This document shows, piece after piece, positions 36,710-49,558 of a stretch of 64,000 bases of DNA; the stretch's first letter is position 1; each line of letters opens with the position of its first letter. The stretch is from Heterodontus francisci (Eukaryota). A program made the position numbers and the translations under genes. The notes under the pieces were generated by a model. That model did not search any database, had not been told where the DNA came from, and was given only the letters and a program-made list of their open reading frames with translations. Where the stretch lies: assembly GCF_036365525.1 (NCBI RefSeq), contig NC_090382.1:111076372-111140371 (forward strand), written 5' to 3'.

Positions 36710-37726
36710 TGTCATGGAAGGGTTGTTTTTTTTTCTCTGTTTAAAAACTAAGGTTGGGGGGATGTGGTCAGTATGCCTTTAAGACGGAGGGACGTTTTTA
36801 TATTCTCTGGGAACAGTGTGTGCGAGCTACAAGCCTGTTCCCATGCAACAGCAAGAGAGATGAGGTTCCATGCCTTATCTTATCAGTTTGACTGTGGGTA
36901 AAGACTGACTAAAACTGGCTTGATCTGGCAGACTAGCGAAGCATGCTCTCATTGAAGGAAGGATTTGTGTGCCTCAGCAGACAATCTACATTGGCCTACA
37001 GGCTGTGTTTTGCTTAAAGACGAAAAGACACCTGGAAAGAAATCTTTGCATTATTAGTGGTAACAAATTCCTTTTTACTCTCATCTCTAAGAAGTCTGTG
37101 CCTCAGGAGTGATTTCTGTTGTTTGTGCTTCTGGAAGTTCTGGAAACTCAATATAGTTTCTACTGATAGACTGCTAATTCAAAATCTAAATAGACCTGCT
37201 GTTATACTCCTTGTTGAAAGATATATATGACACATACTGTAGCTGAAGTGCATTGAGCAGATAGTCATTACAGACAGTTCATCAAACTCGCTTTGAGACT
37301 TCGAGTGGCATCTGACTATTCGACTTTGGGTCACCTCACTGAACTGGGAAAGTAACCAACCAGGACTTAGAACCCAATTGTTTTATTATTCCTAAGAAAA
37401 AGCTCTAATTTGAAACATGATTTTTAAAGCGGTTAACGATTGGTTTTTGAATGTATGTGTGTGTACATGAGGGATAGGAGGAATAAGAAGTTATAAAGTC
37501 TTTTTAGAAATAGATATATCTCAGTATTGTTTAAGATTTAGTTTATCAATAAATAGTTAATTTGTTGTTCTTTAAAGATACCTGGTTTGGTGTGTTTTAT
37601 GCTGGGGGTTTATAAAGTATTTAATTTGGCTAATTTCTAATAGGTGGGAAACTTTACTAATATGCTGTGACCTGTGGAGTAATGGGACTGAATTAACAGT
37701 GCATTACTTCCGCCTCGGTCGCAACA
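36710..37726 (+). mobile_element. Solo LTR (Gypsy-like)
   Basis: TGTCATG...GGTCGCAACA termini resembling the 10047 LTR; TSD ATAT/ATAG; AATAAA near 37548. Confidence 0.65.
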
Positions 37727-39054
37727 ATAGGTAACCTCACTCTACAGATTGCTTTCATGCTTTTCGGACCGGGACGCCACGTTTGGCTGTCCGGACGACT
37801 TCTTGATGACATCAGCTGGCACATTCTCGATGAACTAGCACATACAGGGAGAAAACGTGCAAGTTGTCATCAACTCCCCAACACCCAACAGCAGAGTTGC
37901 TGGCTTCGACCTCCCATGAAGACAGTGGACAGTGCTGAACCGAATCCACACAAGACATGGTTGATAGTGCCAACTGCTCAGTAAAGTGGAAAATAAATCA
38001 AAATGCGATTGCGGTTATGAATCGCAGGCCATGGAATAGATCTCATTAACCTGTCCACTAAGGTATGATGCGAGAGGCATCCAATTTCTCCACTGGGCAT
38101 CTCAGGAGGCCTTCAAACGGATAACCTAACTAGAATCCGATCATAAGCTTTTCCTTTCGTACGAAAGTAGTATCAGTAGCCAACTAATCAAGTTAGTACG
38201 TAAACGAATGTGAACTGTAGAAAATGTTGAAAAATCAGAGCTATCAATATCATATGAGATTCTCAATCCGAGCACATTTGCAAATGATTGTGTAGGTCAA
38301 AGCTATGGGCACTACATCTGTTAATCGCTGTTTTGGTTGCGCACTACTGACGCACATAGGGGAATGTGTTTTGCTGACTACCGCAATGTTCCCAGAAGCA
38401 GTGAAGAGCTCGGGGCTGTTAATCCGCCATTAGGAAATGAAGCTTTTGTACCAACCGTTACTAGGAAAATGCATTTCGTCCGCTGTATCTATCTGACGAG
38501 TAATTTTCAATTTAACAACAAGGCAATATAATTTCGAATAACGCATTCATCTATGAGCAAGGACAAGCACGCATCAAACACTTGAGCACGTGTTTTGAGT
38601 ATCTATTTGTATGCGTACGCATGCAACACGCCATCGCTTTGACGATCAAACTGAAGCGGCATTTAACAGCTGCGTTCCCAACTCTTCTGCAAGATAGCAA
38701 AGTATGCAGGGCTGCAAGAATCAATATTATTCAACAACTAGAGTGATAAAATTACCCTACGCGAACTCCTGTCAGAAAACAATAAGTCGAACATTATGCT
38801 GACGGTGGTCAAGGAAGCACATTCAGATAGGGTGATCATTTGAACCATACTTTGCAAATCTCAAGCTCTGTGACAAGCCTCCCTACATTCAGCGAGTAAC
38901 ATCACTCATGAGAAGACATGAAAAACTTCTTATGAACCACTCTTCCTTAACGGAAAATATCAGTAACTAGTATTATATCGTTGGTGGCAACACAATGGAT
39001 ATGAACTCATTTAATTTGACCCCTCAGTCCTTGTAAACTACCACCAAACCAATA

Positions 39055-39420
39055 AAGAACATAGGAAATAGAAGGAGTAGTGGACCATATGTCCCCATGA
39101 AACTGCTTCGCCATTCAACACGCTCATGGCTGACGTTCTCCCCCAGCTTCACTTTCCCACCCGCTCCCTATGTCACTTGATCCCCTGAGAGATCAAAACA
39201 CATCTATCTCAGCTTTGAATATATCCAACACGGAGCATCCACAACCCTCTGGGGCAGAGAGTTCCAATGTCCACAGCATTTTGAGTGAAGAAATTTCTGT
39301 TCATCGCAATGCTAAAGGAGGAAACGCTTATTCTGAAGCCATGTCACTGTATTCCTGATTCCTCAGTCAGACGAAACAGTCACTCGGTGTCTACCTTGTC
39401 AAGCCCATTCAGAATCCTAT
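39055..39420 (-). mobile_element. Old CR1 3' end
   Basis: AGAACATAGGAAATAG tail; similar to other CR1 3' UTRs in the window. Confidence 0.7.
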
Positions 39421-39795
39421 CCAACCTCTCTTTCCTCTCCACACCCTTGACCATGCAGCACCTCCCCAGTCCATGCCCATCTATCACGGAAATACATGTT
39501 TGAATAACGTATTTGACAATGCCACAATGCCAAAGCTGTGGCTCTTATCGAAGTCACAAATAAAATCCTTTGTGACTGTGACAAAGGTAAACTTCGCATT
39601 CTCACCTTTCTGGACCTATTTGCAGCCTTTGATATGGTTGACCTCCCTATCCGACTCCAACACCTGTCCTCCATCGTCCAGGTGTGTTGGACTGTATTTA
39701 CCAGATTCCATTTTTATCTACCCAGTCATGACTAGAAAATCACCAGCATTGGCTTCCTTTCCTGAGCCTGCATCCTACCCTCTCATGTTCATCAT
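39420..39795 (+). mobile_element. L2 LINE RT fragment
   Basis: ALIEVTNKIL..FLDLFAAFDMVD, typical of L2 RT. Confidence 0.7.
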
Positions 39796-41192
39796 AGAAA
39801 CATAGAAAATAGGAGCAGGAGTAGGCCATTCGGCCCTTCGAGACTGCTCTGACATTCATTATGATCATGGATGATCATCCAACTCAGTAACATGTTCCCG
39901 CTTTCGCCCCATGCCCTTTGATCCCTTTAGACCCAAGAGCTACATCAAACTCCTTCTTGAAAACATACAATGTTTTGGCCTCAACTGCTTTCTGTGGTAG
40001 CGAATTCCACAGACTCACTACTCTCTGGCTGAAGAAATTTCTCCTCATCTCAGGCCTGAAAGGTTTACCCTATATCCTTAGACTATGACCCCTGGTTCTG
40101 GACTCCCCCACCATCGGGAACATCCTTCCTGCATCTACCCTGTCAAGTCCTGTTTGAATTTTATAGGTTTCTATGAGATCTCCTCTCACTTTTCTGAACT
40201 CCAGTGAATATAATCCTAACCGACTCAATCTCTCCTCATACCTCAGTTCCACCATTCCAGGAATCAGTCTGGTAAACCTTCTCTGCACTCCCTCTATAGC
40301 AAGAACATCCTTCCTCAGCCAAGGAGACCAAAACTGCACACAATATTCCAGGTGTGGCCTCACCAAGGTCCTGTATAATTGCAGCAAGACATCCCTGTTC
40401 CTGTACTCTAATCGTTTTGCTATGAAGGCCAACATAACATTTGCCTTTTTTACCGCCAGTTGCACCTGCATGCTTACCTTCAGTGACTGGTGTACGAGAA
40501 TACGCAGGTCTCGTTGCATATCCCCCTCTCTCAGTTTATAACCATTCAGATAATAATCTGCCTTCCTGTTTTTGCTACCAAAGTGGATAACCTCACATTT
40601 ATCTGCATTATACTGCTTCTGTCATGCATATGCCCACTCACTCAACTTGTCCAAATCACCCTTCGTTCTCCTTTGCTGAATTCTAAACTGCTCACAATCC
40701 TCAGGTCTGTGGCTTGTTCTGGCGAATTTATATACCTCTTCCTTGGATCTTTTGCTATCTCTAATTTCCCTTGTAAGCCACGGTTTGGCTACCTTTCCCA
40801 TTTCACTTTTGCGCCAGACAGGAATAAACTATTGTTGCAGTTCATCCATGCACTCTTTGAATGTTTGCCATTGCCTTTCCACCGTCGTCCCTTTAAGTAA
40901 TGTTTCTCAATCCATCATAGCCAACTCGCGCCTCATACTTTCGTAGTTTCCTTTATTAAGATTCAGGACCCTAGTCTCAGAATCAACTATGTCACTCTCC
41001 ATCTTGATGAAGAATTCTGTCATATTATGGTCACTCGTCCCCAAGGGGTCTTGCACAACTAGATTGTCAATTATTCCTCTCTCATTACACAATACCCAGT
41101 CTAGGATGCCCTGTTCTCTAGTTGGTTCCTCAACGTATTGGTCCAGAAAACCATCCCGTCTACACTCCAAGAATCCCTCCTCGACGGTATTG
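39795..41192 (-). mobile_element. CR1 (3' part joined to an EN-region piece)
   Basis: ORFs 40070-40519 and 40907-41170 (FLDQYVEEPTRE, SDHN); CATAGAAA tail. Confidence 0.85.
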
Positions 41193-41410
41193 TAGAGGGT
41201 TGTGAATCTTTGGAATTCTCTACCCCAGAGGGCTATTGAGTATGTTTAAAGCAGAGATTGACAGGTTTCTAAATACAAATGACATATGGGGATATGAGGA
41301 TAGTGTGGTAAAAAGGCATTGAAGTGGATGATCAGCCACGATCATACTGAATGGTGGGGCAGGCTTGATGGGCTGAATGCCCCACTCCTGCTCCTGTGTT
41401 CCTATTAACA
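41193..41410 (+). mobile_element. CR1 3' terminal fragment
   Basis: GTGAATCTTTGGAATTCTCTACCCCAG..GATCAGCCA..GGGCTGAATGCCCC. Confidence 0.75.
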
Positions 41411-41774
41411 TCTTTTGGCTTTAAAGTTTTGTCCTTTGTTTTTGTCAGACAGTTTGAATACACAAAAGGTCAATCCTTTATCTTCCATGGCCATTTTGGA
41501 CAATTGTTCACTGTTTAAACTGAAGCTTCATTTTTAAAAACAAAGTCCGTTCTTCGTAACTCTTCAGAGTTAGTCCATGATTGCTCTTTCGTCGCATTTC
41601 CGGTGTGCGTGACACTTCCCCAAAAGGGGAAAAACTGAAATTCCTTGTATTTCATTTTTATGTTGTTTGTATTTTTGGGTTTCGAAAGAGGGAAGAAAAA
41701 AGTTAAACAGTTTAGGGTTACCCTATTTCACACATTCTTTTAAATCTGCGTTTTGACATGATTTGTTTCTATTT

Positions 41775-41945
41775 TATCTGGTTGTTATCACAATGCTGTT
41801 TGTGGGAGTTTGCTGTGGGCAATAGCTGCTGCGTTTCCTTATTTACAACAGTGACTACAATTTGCAAAGACCTTCATTGGGTGGAAAGTGGTTTTGGACG
41901 CCCTGCGGTTATGAAAGGTGCTAGAGAAAAGCAAGCCTTTCTTTG
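41775..41945 (+). mobile_element. DeuSINE 3' tail fragment
   Basis: TGCTGTTTGTGGGA..TGAAAGGTGCTA..GCAAG L2-like tail. Confidence 0.55.
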
Positions 41946-42419
41946 TAGAGAGAAAACGGATAATCTCATGAGAAGACTGCTTAAAAATCAAAAGGGAGTC
42001 AAGACATTGTTTCAAAGTCTTGGAAGAGACAGACTGATATTTCTGACAGAAAAGAGAAATACCATGTGTATTTGAAAGTTATCTACAAAAACTTAGTTCG
42101 GTTCCTAGAGGTGGGATCTTTAATTTTAGGCACTCAAGAAGCTGGAAGGAAGTTCTTCAATAAATACATAGCTGTTTTTGACCGCTGTTAGATTATTTAT
42201 TTTGCATTTTAATACTTCAAATCAGGGCTTCTGGGATGCTTTATCTCTTCTAAGACTGACCTCACTATTGCATTTCTAGACCTGGGAGAGCAGAGAGGCA
42301 GCGGACCTGTGAGGAATGGAAGTGGAGAGAGGGAGCTATAAATCCAGACCGAGACTCAGGGCCTGGATTTACCAGGGACAGCAGAGAGGCAGCGTACCTG
42401 TGAGGAATTCCATCAGAGA

Positions 42420-43185
42420 TTCCACTCTCCCTGAGTGTCTGAGGCATAGCCAGACTGTTTGTAACTTTGGCAGCATATTTGACCCCGAGATGAGCTTCCA
42501 GCCACATGTCCATATTATCACTAAGACAGTGTATTTCCACTTCTGTAACATCGCCTGATGCCGGCCCTATCCCGGCAGATTTGTTGCTAAACCTTCAGCC
42601 ATGCATTTGCTACCTCCTGGGTTGACTATTCCAATACACCCCTGGCCTGCCTCCCATGCTCTACCTTCCAATTTCATTCACAAGTTTTAATTCACTGACT
42701 GAGTTCTAACTCACGCCATGTTTCATTAATTCAGTGTCCTCTGCTGGCAGACCTAAATTTCCTCCAGGTTAAGCAAAGTCTCAATTTTAATATTTTTATG
42801 CATGTTTTTAAATCTTTATGTGGCCTCACGCCACCCTTTCTCTGGAATGTCATCCAACCCTGCAGACCTCGTAGATATCTGTGCTTCTCCAATTCTGACC
42901 TCCTGGGTATCCCGAAATTTAATTGCTCCATCATTGGTGAACGTTCCTTCAACTGGCAAGGCCCTAGGCGCTGGAATTTCCTCCCTAATCCTCTTCACCT
43001 CCCTTCTTCTTCTTCATTTTTTAAGAGACTCCTTAAAATCTACCTCATTTACAGAGCGTTTTGCACCTGCTCTGTTTCCTTATTTGGCTCAGTGTAAAAC
43101 GTTGCTTGTTAACGCTCCTGTGAAACATTGGGACGCTTCATTAAGTTAAAGACGCGATATGAACACTATTTATTGTTGTTGTTTT
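42420..43185 (+). mobile_element. L2 LINE 3' portion (probably continues 39420-39795)
   Basis: NFGSIFDPEMSFQPHV..FHFCNIA, DYSN, FKSLCGLTP, RSF..GPRRWN; (TTG)n tail. Confidence 0.7.
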
Positions 43186-44272
43186 ATTAATATTAAAGCA
43201 GGATGAGCAGTTTTCTGCAGTCACCATATTGCTTAAAAAGTTGACACTTATATTTCAGCAATCCGTGTTCTGGCTTGGATATTCAATTCCTAACCTAACA
43301 TAAACTGTGCAATTGTTTGAAATGAAGTGTCAAACTAAAAGAGTAAGACTGCCCAAAAGAAGTTTCGACTGAAGCCAGATGTTCCCTGATGACAGAAGTG
43401 GGTTGGGAAGAAAGGTACTTTGGCAGATGGACATTACGTAACATGATATATGCTTCTTAATAAAGCATAACAACGTTAATCATTTAGAATATTGTTAACG
43501 GGAAAAAAAGATTTGAAACATACGAATTTGAAGGGCTTTAGGCATGTAGAGCATGCAATGCATTGCCAACATGTTTTAGAACGCTAATTGCAATGAGGTC
43601 TTCATTATTTCGAATAATAGCGCTTTCCCTTCCGATGCAGTTTATATGACTTAAGCGTCCTGTGTCTTTCGAACTGCAGCCTAGGACTGCCTGCTGTTTG
43701 CTTGCAGTCCTTTTTGCCACTTTGAAATGGTTGTGCACCCAACATCCTTTGCCAGGAACATTGTAGCTTGTTAAATAATGATTATCACTTACAAACGCTG
43801 TAGAAAATACTTTTTAAGCTTTTGCTTTCATAAAACTTGAAGCAAAATATTACAATCGCTGACCTCGAGTTTACCTTGTTAAATAAACTCAGTGACAATG
43901 TGTTCCAAAACTTCACCTGACTATTCGAGAATATTTTTCCTGTTTACAACTCATAAAGGAAAAAAAAATGAACCACGATGAAAGGATTTCGTGGAACGGT
44001 GTCGTCGTTGCAATAACTTTATGGAAACTGCGGTCGGTGTTTGGTATTTGCGTTTTTAGATCTAAGTAAACATGGGTTAGCGTAAGAGTGGACAAAATTT
44101 ACATTCCAATATTTTCAAACGATATACGGGGTTCGATTATTTTTTCTTATAGTTTTGCACTGTTTCTATGCATTTATTCTATGTCAAGTATCTAAAAATA
44201 GATTGCTGCTAAATTTGTAACCTTTTATTCCACTGATCTGAACACGCTGCAGTTAAACAAGATTAGAGTAAT

Positions 44273-44412
44273 TGGAGTTCCGATGAAGGGTCACTGACCC
44301 GAAACGTTAACTCTGCTTCTCTTTCCACAGATGCTGCCAGACCTGCAGAGTGATTCCAGCATTTCTTGTTTTTATTTCAGATTTCCAGCATCCGCAGTAT
44401 TTTGCTTTTATT
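44273..44412 (+). mobile_element. 140-bp solo Penelope terminus
   Basis: Matches the 3' ends of the 24851 and 46936 elements; 10-bp TSD TTAGAGTAAT (44263-72, 44413-22). Confidence 0.85.
44275..44313 (+). ncRNA. Minimal type I hammerhead ribozyme motif (Penelope-associated)
   Basis: Stem I GAGTT/AACTC; core CCGATGA-A; stem II GGGTC-ACT-GACCC; GAAAC; GTT triplet; palindromic AACGTT stem III. Confidence 0.7.
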
Positions 44413-44526
44413 TTAGAGTAATAATGCATTTGATTCCTGTGAATAACGACATCATAAATGTTTGTCTGAACATTTACTTTACTAACTTTTCTTTAAAAAA
44501 AACATTCTGCAGTACTGTGTGGGTAT

Positions 44527-45491
44527 CTTCTTCTTCTTCTTTGGCCTCCTTGTCTCGAGAGACAATGGGTAAGCGCCAGGAGGTGGTCAGTGGTTTGAGA
44601 AGCAGCGCCCGGAGTGGCTATAAAGGCCAATTCTAGAGTGACAGACTCTTGCACAGGTGCTGCAGATGAAATTGGTTGTCGGGGCTGTTACACAGTTGGC
44701 TCTCCCCTTGCGCTTCTGTCTTTTTTCCTGCCAACTGCTATGTCTCTTTGACTCACCACACTTTAGCCCCTCATTTATGGCTGGCAGCTGACTCCCACAA
44801 CTTGTGATCAATGTCACAGGACTTCATGTCGCGTTTGCAGACGTCTTTAAAGCGGAGTCATGGACGGCCGGTGGGTCTGATACCAGTGACGAGCTCGCTG
44901 TACAATGTGTCCTTGGGGATCCTGCCATCTTCCATGCAGCTCACATGGCTGAGCCATCTCAAGTGCCGCTGGCTCAGTAGGGTGTATATGCTGGGGATGT
45001 TGGCTGCCTCGAGGACTTCTGCATTGGAGATACGGTCCTGCCACCTGATGCCAAGTATTCTCCGGAGGCAGCGAAGATGGAATGAATTGAGACATCCCTC
45101 TTGGCTGACATATGTTGTCCAGGCTTCGCTGCCACAGAGCAAGGTACTGAGGACACAGGCTTGATACACTCGGGCTTTTATGTTCTGTGTCAGTGTGCCA
45201 TTTTCCCACACTCTCTGGGCCAGTCTGGACATAGCAGTGGAAGCCTTGCCCATGCGCTTGTTGATTTCTGCATCGAGAGACAGGTTACAGGTGATAGTTG
45301 AGCCTAGGTAGGAGAACTCTTAAACCACTTCCAGAGGGTGGTCGGTAATATTGATGGATGGAGCATTTCTGACGTCCTGTCCCATGATGTTCATTTTGTT
45401 GAGGCTGATGGTTAGGCCAAATTCGTTGCAGGCAGCCGCAATCCTGTCGATGAGTCTCTGCAGACAGTCTTCAGTGTGAGATGTTAATGCA
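44527..45491 (-). mobile_element. RTE LINE 3' fragment with small internal deletion
   Basis: Reverse complement of the RTE 3' region; (GAA)n tail; 14-bp TSD TACTGTGTG(G/A)GTAT (44513-26, 45492-505). Confidence 0.9.
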
Positions 45492-46779
45492 TACTGTGTG
45501 AGTATATATGTGCACGGCAGTGGTGTGTGTGAGTGTGTGTTGGGGTTTTTATCTGTGCACCAGATGCTAGCGAAATGTGTCACTATTGAAGAAGTATGAC
45601 AATTCGCGATACCAAAGTCACCGTGGGAATTTGACCTGCGTTTACGATTTCACTAGAATTAGCACAGGAATTATTCATAAGTGCTTTGATGATCAAAATT
45701 AATTGAACTATAAAAATGCATGTAAGACAAGGAACAATATTTTCAAGTGGTTGAAGCTTTATACATTAAGCTGAAACAATTCAGGGACATTTTGATGGAG
45801 TTATGCACTGGCAATTAGAAGGCAAGATTAAACAGTAATAACAATTTTTAAAAATCTCGGCTGTAAATACTCAACTCAGGCTACTGAAAACTTAACCGTC
45901 ATTTTGCCAGGAATAGAAGCTGAGGCATTGGCACAAGGTATGTAGAGAACTTTATGCAAGAGAGTGATCAGTCACATTAACTGGAGCCCAATAACAACGC
46001 TTGGGAAATTGGAGAAGAATCAGTTAGAAACACTTCTCATAACGTCAGTTAGAGTTTCCAGTTTTCAAATCATACTCACTATTATTAACTAAAGCAACAA
46101 TATATCTAGTTATTTGTCACTATGTATCCCAATCTTGCTTTTATCTCAACATTACACCTCATTTGCTTATTACATTATTACTCGCAAAATCCAGTCACTC
46201 ACAATATCACAAAATAAAGCAAAGTCTTAAATGCATTTATATCAATTAACAGAGCTGACAAAGGTGGAAACCTAATTGCAGAATAACACGAAGTGTTAAT
46301 TTGGTGACACATTTTGGGGGTCTTGGAAATAAACAAGCCTCTTTTCAAGCGTGGTTCTTTCCAGTAGATATGTGAACGGACTATGACGAAGTGTTCAAGC
46401 CGAACGCGCGAACTATCCAATCTAACTTAGGTAAACAACGGCCAAGGTTAATTGAAGATGCCAGCATGTGACTGATTGTAAATAAATTGACTTCGACTAG
46501 TGAAACAAGCTTGCACTTTAAAGATTTGATGCTTCATAAACTGAACAAAATTCTTTTTTGTCCTTCTACAGCAGCTGCTCAGAATGTGTAGTACACACTA
46601 TTTTGCTAACAATTAACTTCGTAAAATAAAAATGACCTAAATGAGTACCTCGTCCATAATTGAATTTAAAGTAAAGCAACTACTCAAGATCTGCATTATA
46701 TACAAAATGTATCTTTTTAAGTATACACATGTCAAACCGTGTTAATTTTCGTATAACGCGACTGATTATTGTAAGGTCA

Positions 46780-46912
46780 TTGATGAAAGGTCATCGATCT
46801 GAAACACTAACTCTGTTTCTGTCTCCACAGATGCTGCCAGACCTACTGAGCATTTCCTGTACTTTCTGTTTTTAGTTCAGATTTCCGGCATCTGTAGAAT
46901 TTTGCTTTTATT
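46780..46912 (+). mobile_element. Older solo Penelope terminus with decayed hammerhead motif
   Basis: TGATGAAAGGTCATCGATCTGAAACACTAACTCTG..CCACAGATGCTGCCAGACC. Confidence 0.7.
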
Positions 46913-46935
46913 GAACTGATCATTAACGCTTTCTA

Positions 46936-47789
46936 TTGAACAAACTAAGATGAAATGAAATAAACTTCTGATATGACCTCCTTTTTCCTCAACCGAGGAT
47001 TCCATCCACCCCCCCCCCCCCCCCCCACTGTGGTTGACAGGGCCCTCAACCGTGTCCGGCCCATTTCCCGCACCTCTACCCTCACCCCTTCCTCTCCATC
47101 CCAGAACCGTGACAGGGTTCCCCTTGTCCTCACTTTCCACCTCATCAGCCTCCATATCCAAAGGATCATCCTCCGCCATTTCTGCCACCTCCAGCATGAT
47201 GCCACTACCAAATGCACCTTCCCCTCCCTTCCTCTGTCAGCATTCTGAAGGGATCATTCCCTCGGCGACACCCTGGTCCACTCCTCCATTACCCCCATCA
47301 CCTCATCCCCGTCGCATGGCACATTCCCCTGAAATCGCAGGAGGTGTAACACCTGCCCATTTACCTCCTCTCTCCTCACTATACCAGACCCCAAACACTC
47401 CTTTCAGGTGCAGCAGCGATTTACTTGTACTTTTTTCATGTTTGTACTTGCTGCTGTTTAATCTTCAGTCCATTAACACCCTATCTGTACTAATGCTTTG
47501 TCTTTCAACACACCATTAACATGTTGTTTGCCTTTGCTCCATGACCTTTTGGTCAGCTATGTGGCCTTGTCCAATCTACACCTTCTACCTTGTTATCTCT
47601 TGCCCCACCACCGCCTCATTTGTTTATAACCTGTGACATTTCTAATATTTGTCAGTTCCGAAGAAGGGTCACTGACCCGAAACGTTAACTCTGCTTTTAT
47701 TTCCACAGATGCTGCCAGGCCTGCTGAGTGGTTCCAATATTTCTTGTTTTTATTTCAGATTTCCAGCATCCGCAGTATTTTGCTTTTAT
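46936..47789 (+). mobile_element. Penelope fragment with 5' inverted segment and internal GIY-YIG deletion
   Basis: Near-identical to parts of 25745-26932; first ~29 bp is the reverse complement of 26569-97; 14-bp TSD ATTAACGCTTTCTA (46922-35, 47790-803). Confidence 0.9.
47654..47690 (+). ncRNA. Minimal hammerhead ribozyme motif
   Basis: AGTT-CCGAAGA-A-GGGTCACTGACCC-GAAAC-GTT-AACT. Confidence 0.65.
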
Positions 47790-48074
47790 ATTAACGCTTT
47801 CTACATTTTTCAGACGTTGCATTGTGCCGTGTAACAGTGTGTGTACTGTTTTCACGATGTTGTGGCGGTTGAGCATTGACGACTGTTGGTCCCACCGATG
47901 TAATAGTAAGGAACTACAACATTCCGGCTCCCTACATAACGTTGATTTAGAATAAAATACAATTGAATAATGAGCTCATATTGTTCTGTACTTTTGTCTG
48001 AAGATTTTAATTGCACACTTCTAAATATAAAGTAGTTGAAATATTTTTGATGCAGTCTAGCTTTAGGTACAGTT

Positions 48075-48118
48075 GCTGCAGTTATTGGTGAAGGCACTTT
48101 GTGTCTGTCCACCAATAA
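48075..48118 (+). promoter_or_regulatory. Disabled CSE of the pseudogene (2-bp deletion in the CGCT core)
   Basis: GTGT--CTGTCCACCAAT; TTATTGGT-to-ACCAATAA spacing is 29 versus 31 in both intact genes. Confidence 0.8.
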
Positions 48119-48903
48119 GGAGCTGAGACGGTGCGAGAGATCTACCCGCTCCTCCGGCAAGGAAATACAGTGGTGTCGAGAAGAGATACAGACTTTGCCT
48201 GCATTTATGCTATGTGTTCAGGAATAGCGCTGATTGAATTTGCATCTTCTGGTTCATTAGATAAAAAGTCGACTTATCTTTTTGGTGTCAGAGATTACAA
48301 TTATTGACTGAAAGATATTTAGACATTTTGCAACAATGGCGAAAATAGCAGCGGGGCGACTTGTATTTTCCTTCTTTGTGTATCGGTTTCAGGACAAATT
48401 CGCTACTCGATTCCGGAGGAGCTGGAGTATGGGGCCGTGGTTGGGAATATAGCCAAGGATTTAAGCCTACACATTCAGGAACTGTCGCCTCGCAAGTTTC
48501 GACTGATCTCCGATGACAGGAAGCAATACATGGAGGTAAATCTGGAAAACGGGATTTTATTTGTTAATGAAAGAATCGACAAAGAGCTATGTAGACAAAG
48601 CGCTACCTGTTCCCTTTCTTTTCAAATGGCGCTCGATAATCCGCTGGAAATACATCGCGCGCGTTGTAGTGGAGATATTAGACGTAAATGACAATTCACC
48701 TAGTTTTTCAAAAGGCGAATTTTCTTTACTGATTACTGAGGTAACTGCGCCAGGTTTAGGTTTCCCTCTTGAGAGTACGCACAATCCGGACGTGGGCACA
48801 AATGCTGTCAGAACTTATCAGATCAATTCAAACGAACACTTCGGCATCAAAGTACAGACAGGAAGCGATGGGAATATAATTGCTGAATTGTTATTAGAGA
48901 AGC

Positions 48904-49088
48904 ACAGAGGCGCAAGGGGAGAGCCAACTGTGCAACAGCCCCGACAAACAAATTTCTCTGCAGCACCTGTGGAAGAGCCTGTCACTCTAGAATTGGCCTT
49001 TATAGCCACTCTAGGCGCTGCTTCACAAACCACTGACCACCTCCAGGAGCGTATCTATTGTCTCTCGAGATAAGGAGGCCCAAAGATG
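48904..49088 (+). mobile_element. RTE 3' end inserted in Pcdh EC2
   Basis: Matches the RTE 3' terminus; 12-bp TSD TATTAGAGAAGC (48892-903, 49089-100). Confidence 0.95.
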
Positions 49089-49234
49089 TATTAGAGAAGC
49101 CCTTGGACCGTGAGCAACAATCAACATTTCGGCTTGTGCTGACCGCAATTGATGGTGGGATGCCCTATAGAACCGGAAGTGCTCAGATTATCATCACTAT
49201 TATGGACCGCGAATGATAACGCACCTGTATTTGA

Positions 49235-49558
49235 ATTAGAATTAGAACATTACAGCGCAGTACAGGCCCTTCGGCCCTCGATGTTGCGCCGACCTGTGAA
49301 ACCATCTGACCTACACTATTCCATTTTCATCCATATGTCTATCCAATGACCACTTAAATGCCCTTAAAGTTGGCGAGTCTACTACTGTTGCAGGCAGGGC
49401 GTTCCACGCCCTTGCTACTCTCTGAGTAAAGAAACTACCTCTAACATCTGTCCTATATTTATCACCCCTCAACTTAAAGCTATGTCCCCTCGTGTTTGCC
49501 ATCACCATCCGAGGAAAAAGACTCTCACTATCCACCCTATCTAACCCACTGATTATCT
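49235..49558 (-). mobile_element. CR1 3' end inserted at the Pcdh EC2/EC3 boundary
   Basis: Near-identical to 33985-34300; 7-bp TSD TATTTGA (49228-34, 49559-65). Confidence 0.93.

Noticed and set aside
42280-42410. Two ~30-bp direct repeats (AGCAGAGAGGCAGCG.ACCTGTGAGGAAT) resembling a CRISPR or regulatory array
   Set aside because: Only two units in eukaryotic repeat DNA; more likely a retroelement UTR remnant
35530-46300. Possible further Pcdh relic or constant exons in the spacer
   Set aside because: No cadherin motifs, CSE or recognisable constant-exon peptide seen; short exons cannot be excluded by eye
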